Under the pieces are notes generated by a model that was given only the letters and a program-made list of their open reading frames with translations, was not told where the DNA came from and ran no database searches. From Candidatus Eiseniibacteriota bacterium (GTDB lineage Bacteria; Joyebacterota; Joyebacteria; Joyebacterales; Joyebacteraceae), in assembly GCA_043819135.1 (NCBI GenBank), contig JBDRFG010000099.1:1-32057 (forward strand): a stretch of 32,057 bases of DNA. The letters run 5' to 3'. Every line of letters begins with the position of its first letter. The first letter of the stretch is position 1. Of the stretch, positions 7,437 through 16,180 are shown one piece after another. Position numbers and translations under genes: made by a program.

Positions 7437-8735
7437 CTATCCCCCCAGCAATCCGAAGAGAACACCGGTCACGGTGGCCATGACCAGAACCAGCGCCAGG
7501 TAGACGACAGTCTTCTTCGTCCCTATTATGCCTCGCAGTATCAGGATGTTTGGAAGAGAGACTGCAGGGCCCGCCAGAAGGAACGCGAGAGCCGGCCCCT
7601 TCGCCATGCCCGCACCCACAAGCCCCTGGACGATCGGTATCTCGGTCATCGTGCAGAAGTACATCAGGCCCGAGGCCACGGCGGCGACGAGATTCGACAG
7701 GATCGAGTTGTCGCCCACAAGGCCCGCGACCCACGCGGATGGTATCAGTCCCTCGTGACCCGGTCTACCCAGCATCGCTCCGACCACCAGGATGCCCGCG
7801 AAGAGAAGCGGAATGATGTCCCTTGCCAGGTTCCACGACCCGTCAAGCCAATCGCGCGTCTCACGGGTTCCCGTCGCCGCCACGACGGCCAGCCCCGCCA
7901 TCCCGGCCAGGAACGGGATCAGCGGCCTCCCCGGGAAGACCAGCGCGAGCACGGTCACGACCGCTCCCGCAGTCACGACGGTCCACGCTCGTACTCCGAA
8001 CCACCTGACGAGTATCGCGCCCAGCACGATGGCGGACGCGCCGGTCAGCGGCCACTTCGCGATGCCTATGGCGTGCGATATGCCGGCGCTGCCGGCGGCG
8101 TGCCAGTTCGCGAAGGCCAGCACGGCGACGGTCGAGGCGAAGACGGCCAGGCTCTGACGGAGAGGACGTTCGACCTCGGGTCTCGGTTCGGTGAGCTGTT
8201 TCTCTGCCCTGGCTTTCTCCTCGTCCCTGAAGATGAAGTGCATCATGAGCCCGATGACGATGCTGAACACTACCGCGCCCACTGCTCTTGCGGTTCCGAG
8301 CTGCGCGCCCAGAACGCGCGCGGTCAGGAATATCGCGATGACATTGATGGCCGGTCCCGCGTAGAGGAAGGTCGTCGCGGGGCCCAGGCCGGCGCCCCTT
8401 GAGTAGATGCCGGCGAAGAGCGGCAGTATGGTGCAGCTGCACACCGCGAGGATGCAGCCTGAGACCGACGCGACCGCGTAGGAGACCAGCTTGCTGGCGT
8501 GCGCGCCCAGGTATCTCATCACGGAGGCCTTCGATACGAAGGCCGAGATGGCGCCGGCGATGAAGAGCGCCGGCAGGAGACCCATGAGCATGTGGTCGCG
8601 CACGTACCACTGCACGAGCGCGAGTGACTCGATGACCGCGTTCCCGACCCTACCGGCGTCCATCGGGACGAAGTAGAAGATCAGGAAGACGGCGAAGATC
8701 GTAAAGAGAAGCCTGCCGTCTCTCTTCCAGTCCAG
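7437..8735 (-). CDS. DUF318/ArsP-family permease
   Basis: LAVCSCTILPLFAGIY..GAGLGPA..FLYAGPAIN and MYFCTMTEIPIV..GPALAFLLAGPAVSLP motifs. Start uncertain: CTG at 8735 or GTG at 8774. Confidence 0.9.
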   Translation of the reverse strand: MDWKRDGRLLFTIFAVFLIFYFVPMDAGRVGNAVIESLALVQWYVRDHMLMGLLPALFIAGAISAFVSKASVMRYLGAHASKLVSYAVASVSGCILAVCSCTILPLFAGIYSRGAGLGPATTFLYAGPAINVIAIFLTARVLGAQLGTARAVGAVVFSIVIGLMMHFIFRDEEKARAEKQLTEPRPEVERPLRQSLAVFASTVAVLAFANWHAAGSAGISHAIGIAKWPLTGASAIVLGAILVRWFGVRAWTVVTAGAVVTVLALVFPGRPLIPFLAGMAGLAVVAATGTRETRDWLDGSWNLARDIIPLLFAGILVVGAMLGRPGHEGLIPSAWVAGLVGDNSILSNLVAAVASGLMYFCTMTEIPIVQGLVGAGMAKGPALAFLLAGPAVSLPNILILRGIIGTKKTVVYLALVLVMATVTGVLFGLLGG

Positions 8736-8739
8736 GAGC

Positions 8740-9084
8740 CTACCCCTCTTTCTCTGGCGCCCAGGGGCGCGCACACAAGAGTTCGGTCACCCACGGTGCG
8801 ATGACGCGATAGTAAACGTGGTGCCCGCGTCGCTCGCTGTCGAGGATGCCGTTGCCGCTCAGAAGGGAGAGGTGCTTCGAGACCGTGGACTGGTCGAGCC
8901 CGGTCACGTCGGCCAGGTCACACACACAGCACTCACCTTGGGCGAGGTGTGTGAGAATGACCAGCCTCGACTCGTGCCCGAGCGCCCGGAACAGCCGGGC
9001 CTGACTCCTGAGGCCGCGACGTTCCTCCTGCACGGCCGCGCTCCCGTCGGCGGCCGCCGTGGGTGACTCCGTCTTCTCAGGCAC
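8740..9084 (-). CDS. ArsR/SmtB family metalloregulator
   Basis: FRALGHESRL..GECCVCDL..QSTVSKHL..L..GIL..RRG..VYY. GAGGAG RBS. Confidence 0.92.
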   Translation of the reverse strand: MPEKTESPTAAADGSAAVQEERRGLRSQARLFRALGHESRLVILTHLAQGECCVCDLADVTGLDQSTVSKHLSLLSGNGILDSERRGHHVYYRVIAPWVTELLCARPWAPEKEG

Positions 9085-9166
9085 GTCGCTCTCTCCTCTC
9101 GGCTTCCGCCGTCTGCTCAGCGCCCAGGTGTTCGGGGTCCGGGCGGCACTTAGCGAACACCTTCAC

Positions 9167-9195
9167 ATTATATTGCCATATGGGCATATTTGCAA
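9167..9195 (-). promoter_or_regulatory. sigma70 promoter with overlapping imperfect palindrome (likely ArsR operator)
   Basis: Minus strand TTGCAA-17 nt-TATAAT. The spacer contains the imperfect palindrome TGCCCATATGGCA. Confidence 0.8.
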
Positions 9196-9308
9196 TAATC
9201 GGTCCTGCAAGAGGGTTTATTCGGAGGCGGGGCGTGGGTCCAGTACGACCCGACGTGTGGCAACAGGGGGCGTTTCGACCCCACGGGGCGTACAGTCGCA
9301 GAGTTGGC

Positions 9309-9337
9309 TTGAATGCTGCTCGATTGACCGCTATTCT
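9309..9337 (+). promoter_or_regulatory. sigma70-type promoter for the DUF47-PiT operon
   Basis: TTGAAT-17 nt-TATTCT. Confidence 0.5.
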
Positions 9338-9464
9338 ATCCTTCTGTCGCGCTAACTTGCCAACCGGCGTGCTCCTATGAATCGACAGGCAACTGGCGCA
9401 TGAGTTGTCCGGGCGCACCACGCCGCCCCCGAGCCGGGAGACCGGCTGTCGAAAGGCCCCAGCC

Positions 9465-10106
9465 ATGAGCAGGATATTCAGCAAGACGAAGCTGTTGGAG
9501 TCACAGATCGACGAGTATCTGAATCACTCCAGCCAGGTGGGACTCCTCTTCCTCGAGGCGATCAAGGACTATCTGGGGGGGCGGATGGACGAGTTCGAGG
9601 CTCGCAGACAGCAAGTCGGCGAACTCGAGAATCAGGCGGACGAGCTGCGCCGTGACGTCGAGCGGCGGCTCTACGCTGAGACTCTGATCCCGGAGTCGCG
9701 AGGGGACGTGCTGGGCATTCTGGAGCACACCGACGAGGTCATCAACGCGGCGAAGGTCACGCTCGCGCGGTTCTCCACGGAGCGTCCCGACATCCCGGAA
9801 GAGCTGGACGGCGACTTCCTTGATCTCGCCGACTACGGCAATCGTGCCGTGCAGGAACTCGTCATGGGTATCCGGGCCTTCTTCCGCACGGCGGCAGTGA
9901 CCGACTTCGCGCACAAGGTAGGCTTCTGGGAGAAAGAGGCCGACACGGTAGCGGAGCGATTGAGACGCCGGATATTCGCGATGGACTGTGAGCTCGCGTG
10001 CAAGATACACCGCGGCGGTTTCGTCCGGCACATCGACACGGTGGCCGACGAGGCCGAGGACGTGAGCGAACGGCTCTCCATCTCGGCGATCAAGCGGTCG
10101 GTCTGA
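9465..10106 (+). CDS. DUF47 (PhoU-like) phosphate transport regulator
   Basis: LENQADELRRDVE..LIPESRGD and EKEAD..IDTVADEAEDVSERL, translationally coupled to the PiT gene. Confidence 0.9.
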   Translation: MSRIFSKTKLLESQIDEYLNHSSQVGLLFLEAIKDYLGGRMDEFEARRQQVGELENQADELRRDVERRLYAETLIPESRGDVLGILEHTDEVINAAKVTLARFSTERPDIPEELDGDFLDLADYGNRAVQELVMGIRAFFRTAAVTDFAHKVGFWEKEADTVAERLRRRIFAMDCELACKIHRGGFVRHIDTVADEAEDVSERLSISAIKRSV

Positions 10107-11617
10107 TGATACCCCTCTTCCTCTCGAGCGCGCTCCTGCTGGGATGGTCGCTGGGTGCCAACGACGCGGCGAACGTGTTCGGCACGGCGGTCGCCACGGG
10201 AATGGTGCGCTTCAGGACCGCGGCCATCTTCTGCGGTGTTTTCGTGATTCTCGGGGCGGTCATCTCCGGGGCCGGGACCACGGACACGCTGGGCCAGCTC
10301 GGCGCTGTGAACGCCCTCGGTGGATCCTTCATGGTCGCCCTCGCGGCGGCGCTCGCCGTCATGTGGATGACCAAGGCGGGGTTGCCTGTCTCGGTCTCGC
10401 AGGCCATCGTCGGAGCCATTCTTGGCTGGAACATCTTCACGGGATCGCAGACAGACATCAATTCGCTGGTGAAGATCGTGTCGACATGGGTGATCTGTCC
10501 GCTCCTGGCGGCGGGGTTCGCGGCCGTCTTCTATCTGCTGGCCCGCCGGATCATCACGAGATGGTCGGTGCATCTCCTCGAGCTGGATGCGATGACCCGA
10601 ACCGGTCTCATTGCGGCCGGTGCCTTCGGAGCCTACTCGCTTGGCGCCAATAACATCGCAAACGTGATGGGAGCGTTCGTCCCCGCATTCCCCGCCAGGT
10701 CGATCGACATCGCCGGTCTCCCGACGGTCGACAGCACGCAGCTTCTCTTCTTTGTCGGAGGACTGGCGATCGCGGTCGGGGTCCTTTCGTACTCCCGTCG
10801 TGTGATGATGACAGTGGGGAAGGGGCTGTTCCAGCTGACACCCGTGACCGCCCTGGTCGTCGTGCTGGCCGAGGCCATCGTCCTGTTTCTCTTCGCGTCG
10901 CAATCGCTCGAGAGTTGGCTTCTGTCGCACGGGCTTCCGGCGATCCCACTGGTTCCTGTTTCAAGCTCGCAGGCCGTGATCGGAGCCGTCATTGGGATCG
11001 CGGTGGCCAAGGGAGGTCGAGGAGTGCGTTACAGCGCACTGGGCAGGGTCGCCGGCGGGTGGATCGTAACGCCTGTGATCGCCGCGGCGCTGGCGTTTCT
11101 TGGCCTCTTCTTTCTGCAGAACGTGTTCGGCCTGATCGTAGCGCGGCCCGTGCCGTATCAGATCAGCCGGGCCGTTATCGAGAGGCTCTCGGGCGAGGGT
11201 CTGACGGGGGCCTCCCTGGAGAGACTCCAGGGTGACCGCTACGAGAACGCACGTGCCTTCAAGGGGGCTCTGGCGGATTCCACCGACCTGACGGGGGATG
11301 ATGTATACCTCGTGATGGAGTTCGCGGAGCGAGACAGCTTCGATATCGCCCCGAGGTTGATCGCTGGGCTGGAGTCGTCACGCCTGACGGTCGGCCAGGC
11401 CGACGCGCTCCGAGCATTGGAGCGGAAGAGCTTCGCGCATGCATGGCAGCTTCGGGAGGCTCTCGTGAACGAATCGGGCGAGTGGGCGATGCTTCCGGAT
11501 ACATGGGAGAACCGGGAGCACAACAGGATCGTGAGGAACAAGCTCAGGCACGTGTGTGACACGTTTCGGGTCCGGAACTTACAGGGACGCGGCAGGAGTG
11601 CTCTTCCTCGCGCATGA
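10106..11617 (+). CDS. Inorganic phosphate transporter, PiT family, with C-terminal soluble extension
   Basis: GANDAANVFGTAV and GANNIAN signatures, LPVSVSQAIVGA and PVSSSQAVIGA. TGATG overlap with the DUF47 gene. Confidence 0.93.
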   Translation: MIPLFLSSALLLGWSLGANDAANVFGTAVATGMVRFRTAAIFCGVFVILGAVISGAGTTDTLGQLGAVNALGGSFMVALAAALAVMWMTKAGLPVSVSQAIVGAILGWNIFTGSQTDINSLVKIVSTWVICPLLAAGFAAVFYLLARRIITRWSVHLLELDAMTRTGLIAAGAFGAYSLGANNIANVMGAFVPAFPARSIDIAGLPTVDSTQLLFFVGGLAIAVGVLSYSRRVMMTVGKGLFQLTPVTALVVVLAEAIVLFLFASQSLESWLLSHGLPAIPLVPVSSSQAVIGAVIGIAVAKGGRGVRYSALGRVAGGWIVTPVIAAALAFLGLFFLQNVFGLIVARPVPYQISRAVIERLSGEGLTGASLERLQGDRYENARAFKGALADSTDLTGDDVYLVMEFAERDSFDIAPRLIAGLESSRLTVGQADALRALERKSFAHAWQLREALVNESGEWAMLPDTWENREHNRIVRNKLRHVCDTFRVRNLQGRGRSALPRA

Positions 11618-11698
11618 GCGGAGTTCCAGAGCGCCCGGGCCTGACTACGGAAGCCAGCCGCATTCATCTCACGATCAGATCGCTACAGGAGGAGAACC

Positions 11699-13273
11699 GT
11701 GCGCTTCTCGAATGCCGCACTTCTAGTGTTGGGCGTCGTTGTGTTCGTGTCGGTAGCGCCGGTCGCCGGCGCCGGCTGGGAGGAATCAGTCGACGCGCTC
11801 GTGGTCGCCACCGATGACGGGGAGCGCGCCTCGGCGATGGGGAAGGTCCTTGCTCAAGCGCCGTCGTGGCAGGAGGTCGCGCGACGCCTCGAGTCCGCGG
11901 CGTTTGCCGCGCCCGAACTGGTCGGACAACCCATTCTCCGGTCGGCTGTCTGCATCGACACGGTCGAGCGTCCCTGGGTCCTGCTGGTTCCGCCGGACTA
12001 CGACCCTTCCGTCCCAACACCTCTTCTCGTGGTCCTGCACGGAGGCGTGGGAGCGGCCGAGGTCAACGACGATCCCGTGGGGGACGTGTTGGAGAACGAG
12101 CTTGGTGCGCTCGCACTGGAGAGGGGCTGGATCGCTCTCTTCCCGTTTGGTCAGGCCGGTGCGACCTGGTGGGACGAGGTCGGGATGGCGAACATCAGTG
12201 ACCTCGTTCGTACGGTCAAGCGCGAGCTCAACGCAGACGACGACCGCGTGTGGATGGCAGGCTTCTCTGACGGCGCGTCCGCCGGGTTCGCCCACGCGAT
12301 GCTTGCTCCCTCCGACTACGCCGCCTTCGTGGCCCTGAACGGACACATGGGCGTGGCCAGTCTCGATGGAGACCTGCCAACGTACGCGCCGAACATGGCC
12401 GCGACCCCCATCTTCGCGACGACCACGTTCGACGACGGGCTGTATCCTTCCCACAAGATGAGGTCGTCGATCGAGATGGCGCGGGAGTCCGGCGCCGACA
12501 TCTACTACAGGGAATTCCCGGGCGAGCACGACTTCGACGATGTGGAGAGCGAGTTGCCTGCCATCGCGCGGTTCCTCGAGCGACACCCGCGGGACCCTCT
12601 GCCCTCACGTATCGTGTGGGAGGCCGGCTCGACCGACTTCGGGGAGTGCAGGTGGCTCGCCATCGACCGCATTACGACCGACGAGCCTTCGCCCTGGCAC
12701 GGTGACCACAACGTCGCGTTGATGGACGACAGGATCACTATCGGGTTCCAGCCGGACTATGACTTCGAAGGTTCCGGCATCCGGGTCGGAGTCCTGTCCG
12801 ACGACGACTACCCCGCGCGCAACATCGGTCTCGTGGCCGGTGACGTTATCGTGAAGGCCGACGACGCGCGGATGGACAGCCTCCCTGACCTCGATGAGTG
12901 GAAGGCCACAGTTGAGAGGGGAGACCGGTTCGAGATGACCGTGCTGAGGGATGGAGAGAGAGTGGTCCTTGGGGGCGCACTGCCGGAGCCCGCGGGCCAT
13001 TTCATCTTCAAGCGCGACGTTCCGTCCGCCGCCGTCAGGGCCGACTTCGCGGCGAACCGCCTTGAGGTGACCACGTCCCGTGTGGGTTCGTTCAGAGTTC
13101 TGGTCCATCCTGACATGGTCGCGTTGGATCGGAGTTTGGTGATCGTCGCTGATGGGGAGGTCGTCTTTGACGAACTCGTGGAACCCGACCTGGAGTTCCT
13201 TCTCAACAACTACCTCGATAACCGCGATCGCAGTTTGCTCTATGTGGCGGAGGTGGTGGTGGAGCTGGAGTAG
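11699..13273 (+). CDS. Secreted alpha/beta hydrolase (esterase/peptidase-like) with PDZ domain
   Basis: Signal peptide, VPPDYDPS.PTPLLVVLHGG, GFSDG nucleophile, GEHDF and PDZ-like GLVAGDVIVKAD..VLRDGE. Confidence 0.8.
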   Translation: MRFSNAALLVLGVVVFVSVAPVAGAGWEESVDALVVATDDGERASAMGKVLAQAPSWQEVARRLESAAFAAPELVGQPILRSAVCIDTVERPWVLLVPPDYDPSVPTPLLVVLHGGVGAAEVNDDPVGDVLENELGALALERGWIALFPFGQAGATWWDEVGMANISDLVRTVKRELNADDDRVWMAGFSDGASAGFAHAMLAPSDYAAFVALNGHMGVASLDGDLPTYAPNMAATPIFATTTFDDGLYPSHKMRSSIEMARESGADIYYREFPGEHDFDDVESELPAIARFLERHPRDPLPSRIVWEAGSTDFGECRWLAIDRITTDEPSPWHGDHNVALMDDRITIGFQPDYDFEGSGIRVGVLSDDDYPARNIGLVAGDVIVKADDARMDSLPDLDEWKATVERGDRFEMTVLRDGERVVLGGALPEPAGHFIFKRDVPSAAVRADFAANRLEVTTSRVGSFRVLVHPDMVALDRSLVIVADGEVVFDELVEPDLEFLLNNYLDNRDRSLLYVAEVVVELE

Positions 13274-13281
13274 GTGGAGGA

Positions 13282-13365
13282 ACGGGTCTGACCTTCCCCC
13301 CGTGCTCAGACAGTAGACGCGGCTTCGCCGCGTCCAACTGCGCGCGGGGGGAAGGCCAGACCCGT
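13282..13365. repeat. Long inverted repeat filling a convergent intergenic gap
   Basis: 24-nt arms ACGGGTCTGACCTTCCCCCCGTGC / GCGCGGGGGGAAGGCCAGACCCGT with an inner GACGCGG/CCGCGTC stem. Confidence 0.8.
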
Positions 13366-13366
13366 C

Positions 13367-14623
13367 TCAACGTTCCAGCAGAAACCGCAACGTCTCCGCA
13401 AGCGCCGCGTACTGCTCGATCGAGTTGTAGATCTGAGCGGCGATGCGGATGATGCTGGCGGGCCCATCGGGGTACGCAAGCACCGGGACCTCGAAACCGT
13501 ACTCCTCTCGAAGCACCGTGTCCAGCTCGTCGAACGCGAGGGCGGTCGTCTCGAAATGGAACGTCCCCGCCGCGAGCGGAACGCTTGCGAGCGTGCCAAT
13601 CATCTCATCAGGGCAAGGTGCCTCGACACCGAGAGCATCACAGAGAAGCCGGCGCGCCGCGAGCGCGAGGTTCCTGTTGCGTTCCATCAGCTCAGGCCAG
13701 CCGCCCGGCAGCAGCGACCCCATGAATCGGATGGACTCCGGCACGCACAGGTACGCGGTCGGGTCGTCCGTCCCCGTCCATCCGAACTCCAGGTGGAAGC
13801 GCGACCTGTCGTCCCGCGTCGAGTTAGCGCCGTGGCTGATAGCCAGCGGCCGGATGCCGGGCTGCAGGTCGCGGCGCACGTAGAGTATCGCCGCCCCCTT
13901 GGGAGTGCACAGCCACTTGTGGCAGTTGCCGGTGTAGTAGGCGGGGCCGATCCCGGCTATGTCGAGCGGGATCATGCCCGGACCGTGCGCTCCATCCACC
14001 AGGGTATCGACGCCGCGCTCGGCGAGACCTCGCACGAGCCCTGCCATGGGCATCACCATGCCGGTCAGGCTCGTGATGTGGTCGACGAGTGCGAGACGCG
14101 TTCGTTCGGTCACTCCCGCGAGGACCGTGTCGACGACGAGGTCTGCGCAAGGAAGCGGGAAGGGGATGTCTACCACGACCACACTGGCGCCCGAGCGTGC
14201 CGCAACGAAGTCAAGGGCATTCCGGCAGGCGTTGTACTCGTGTGATGTGATGAGAAGCTCATCGCCCCGCTCGAAGTTAAGAGAGCGCAGGATTGTGTTA
14301 ACGCCTGTCGTGGCATTCGGCACGAAAGTGAGTTCGTCCGGATCTGCGCCCACGAATCGAGCTGTCTCGGAGCGTGCGGCATCGACCATGTCCTCGAGCT
14401 CGCGGTGCAAAAACTGCACCGGACCGCGCTCCATCCTCTCGCGCAGCCTCGTCTGAGCTTCGAGCACGGGTATGGGGCACGCGCCGAACGAGCCGTGGTT
14501 GAGGAAGGCCACGTCCGGGTCCAGGTTCCAGTGCCGGACGAACTCGGAAGCGCCCGACCTCGCGCCCAGACGGCGCGCCCCGGGCATGCCGTGGGCGCCG
14601 TCGTGTCCGCGACCCGCCATCAT
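13367..14623 (-). CDS. Aminotransferase class V PLP enzyme (isopenicillin-N epimerase/C-S lyase-like)
   Basis: FLNHGSFGACP, VPNATTG, VDGAHGPG, YTGNCHKWLCTPKG (PLP Lys) and WTGTDD. ATGA overlap with the upstream stop. Confidence 0.92.
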   Translation of the reverse strand: MMAGRGHDGAHGMPGARRLGARSGASEFVRHWNLDPDVAFLNHGSFGACPIPVLEAQTRLRERMERGPVQFLHRELEDMVDAARSETARFVGADPDELTFVPNATTGVNTILRSLNFERGDELLITSHEYNACRNALDFVAARSGASVVVVDIPFPLPCADLVVDTVLAGVTERTRLALVDHITSLTGMVMPMAGLVRGLAERGVDTLVDGAHGPGMIPLDIAGIGPAYYTGNCHKWLCTPKGAAILYVRRDLQPGIRPLAISHGANSTRDDRSRFHLEFGWTGTDDPTAYLCVPESIRFMGSLLPGGWPELMERNRNLALAARRLLCDALGVEAPCPDEMIGTLASVPLAAGTFHFETTALAFDELDTVLREEYGFEVPVLAYPDGPASIIRIAAQIYNSIEQYAALAETLRFLLER

Positions 14624-15600
14624 CCTGCCACCTCCGCAACGCGGTCCTGCTTCTGCTTCCACTGGTCGGGGTCCCAGTCCGGCATGCCGGACTTCTCGAT
14701 CTCGCCCAGCGCTTGCCTGAGCATCTCGCTGCCTGAGGCTTTGTCTCCGAGCTCCAGCGCCATTTCGCCAAGGTCCCATCGCGCGAAGCCCATCCACTCC
14801 ACCGCGTCCGGCGCTCCGCCGGCGTCAAGGCTCGTGGCCCAGTCAAGAACCTTGAGCATCTCGGATCTCGCCTCGTCCATGTTCCCCAGCTTCATCGTGA
14901 CGTGGGCCACCGCGTAGTCGGCTATGAGCTTCGGCAGGTCGTTCTCACCCTTGTAGTGATACTCCCGCGCCCTGACCAGGGCATCGAGGGCCTCGTCGTA
15001 GCGCTCCGCGTCGTAGTAGTTCCAGCCGAGGTTGTTCCAGAACGGGCCCAGCCATCCGTCCATGCCACCCTTCTCGGCCATCTCTATGCCCCTGCGCGAC
15101 CAGTCGAACCTCTCTGTCTGGTCGCCGGTGATGGCGATCATGTGCGCAGCGTCGACGGCGCGCTCCCACAGTTCCTTCTCGCCGCAGTAGTCGAACATCT
15201 CGCGGAACGTGTTCGTGGCGGTCTCGTTGTCCCCGTCCTTCCACTCGAATCGCCCGCGCACACCCAGATAGCGTGACCAACCGGCGGGGTCGGACTTCGC
15301 CGCCTCGGTGGCCGCGCGGCTCAGCCACTCCCGGCCTTCTTGTTTCTTCTCCGCTATCAGATAGCTCCTCGCGCGCATGGAGGCGGCCTCCACGAAGATC
15401 GAGTTGTCGTCGCCCTGCGCCTCGGTCGCGATCTCCTCGAACAGGACACCGGCCTGTTTGTACTCCCTGTTCTTGAAGAGCTGGTCGGCCTGTTCCAGCC
15501 TGGTAGCCAATCCGCTGTCCTCCTGCGGCTCGCCGGCGCACCCGGCGATCAGCACCACTGCAATGACCGCGGCCACCGCAGCCGCTCTGCGCGGGTTCAT
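14620..15600 (-). CDS. Tetratricopeptide-repeat lipoprotein
   Basis: Lipobox LIAG-C, helical repeats such as WNNLGWNYYDAERYDEAL, and AGGAGG RBS. Confidence 0.85.
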   Translation of the reverse strand: MNPRRAAAVAAVIAVVLIAGCAGEPQEDSGLATRLEQADQLFKNREYKQAGVLFEEIATEAQGDDNSIFVEAASMRARSYLIAEKKQEGREWLSRAATEAAKSDPAGWSRYLGVRGRFEWKDGDNETATNTFREMFDYCGEKELWERAVDAAHMIAITGDQTERFDWSRRGIEMAEKGGMDGWLGPFWNNLGWNYYDAERYDEALDALVRAREYHYKGENDLPKLIADYAVAHVTMKLGNMDEARSEMLKVLDWATSLDAGGAPDAVEWMGFARWDLGEMALELGDKASGSEMLRQALGEIEKSGMPDWDPDQWKQKQDRVAEVAG

Positions 15601-15685
15601 TCCGCTACCTCCTGAAATGCGTCGCGAGTCCGGTCGTCCTGTGCGGCGGTTCGGACGTCGGTCTCGATGGGCGTGGCAGTGCGAG

Positions 15686-15946
15686 CTACTCGTCCTCCTC
15701 GTCTTCCTCCTCGTCCTCCTCCTCGTCCTCCTCCTCGTCCTCCTCGTCCTCGTCCTCCTCCTCGTCCTCCTCCTCGTCCTCCTTCCACTGGGTGGCGTCT
15801 CCGCAGTTCATGCAGACGGGAAACCCCTCGCCCTCCTTGAACTCGTGGGTGTGGACGCCGCCCTCCGTGTGGCAGATCTCGCAAACGTAGGTTCCGGTCT
15901 TCTCGACCTTCTCACCCTCTCGGAACGTGTCCTTCTTGTCGCCCAT
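15686..15946 (-). CDS. Small zinc-ribbon protein with poly-Asp/Glu tail
   Basis: GEKVEKTGTYVCEIC..GEGFPVCMNC..W followed by 31 consecutive D/E residues. AAGGAG RBS. Confidence 0.85.
   Translation of the reverse strand: MGDKKDTFREGEKVEKTGTYVCEICHTEGGVHTHEFKEGEGFPVCMNCGDATQWKEDEEEDEEEDEDEEDEEEDEEEDEEEDEEDE
15689..15781 (-). repeat. GAG/GAC/GAA low-complexity trinucleotide tract encoding the acidic tail
   Basis: Imperfect (TCGTCCTCCTCC)n on the plus strand. Confidence 0.9.
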
Positions 15947-16180
15947 TTCGGAGCTCCTTTCCCAAGCGGCCCCAGTGCCGCATCGTGATGGACCTTCCCG
16001 TTCAACTCACCCACATGTTCGATTCGAAACGGACCAGTCGGTTCCTGGAGCCGTTGATGGATTGACAATTCATGCTACCGCTTAAGACGTCACGGCGCAA
16101 CTGAAGCTCTGCGCCGCGCGGCCGATCCGCCCGAAGGCGCGTCGCTGTTCCGGTGCGCTCCCTGAACCAGGGGGCCCATC

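Noticed and set aside
9120..9166. Fluoride riboswitch resemblance (GGTGTTCGC..ACACCT)
   Set aside because: It lacks the conserved GAUG and GCURAUGA elements, and the would-be 5' strand lies upstream of the predicted start.
15377..15988. Plus-strand ORF with a poly-Leu/Val stretch
   Set aside because: It is the antisense shadow of the acidic-tail repeat.
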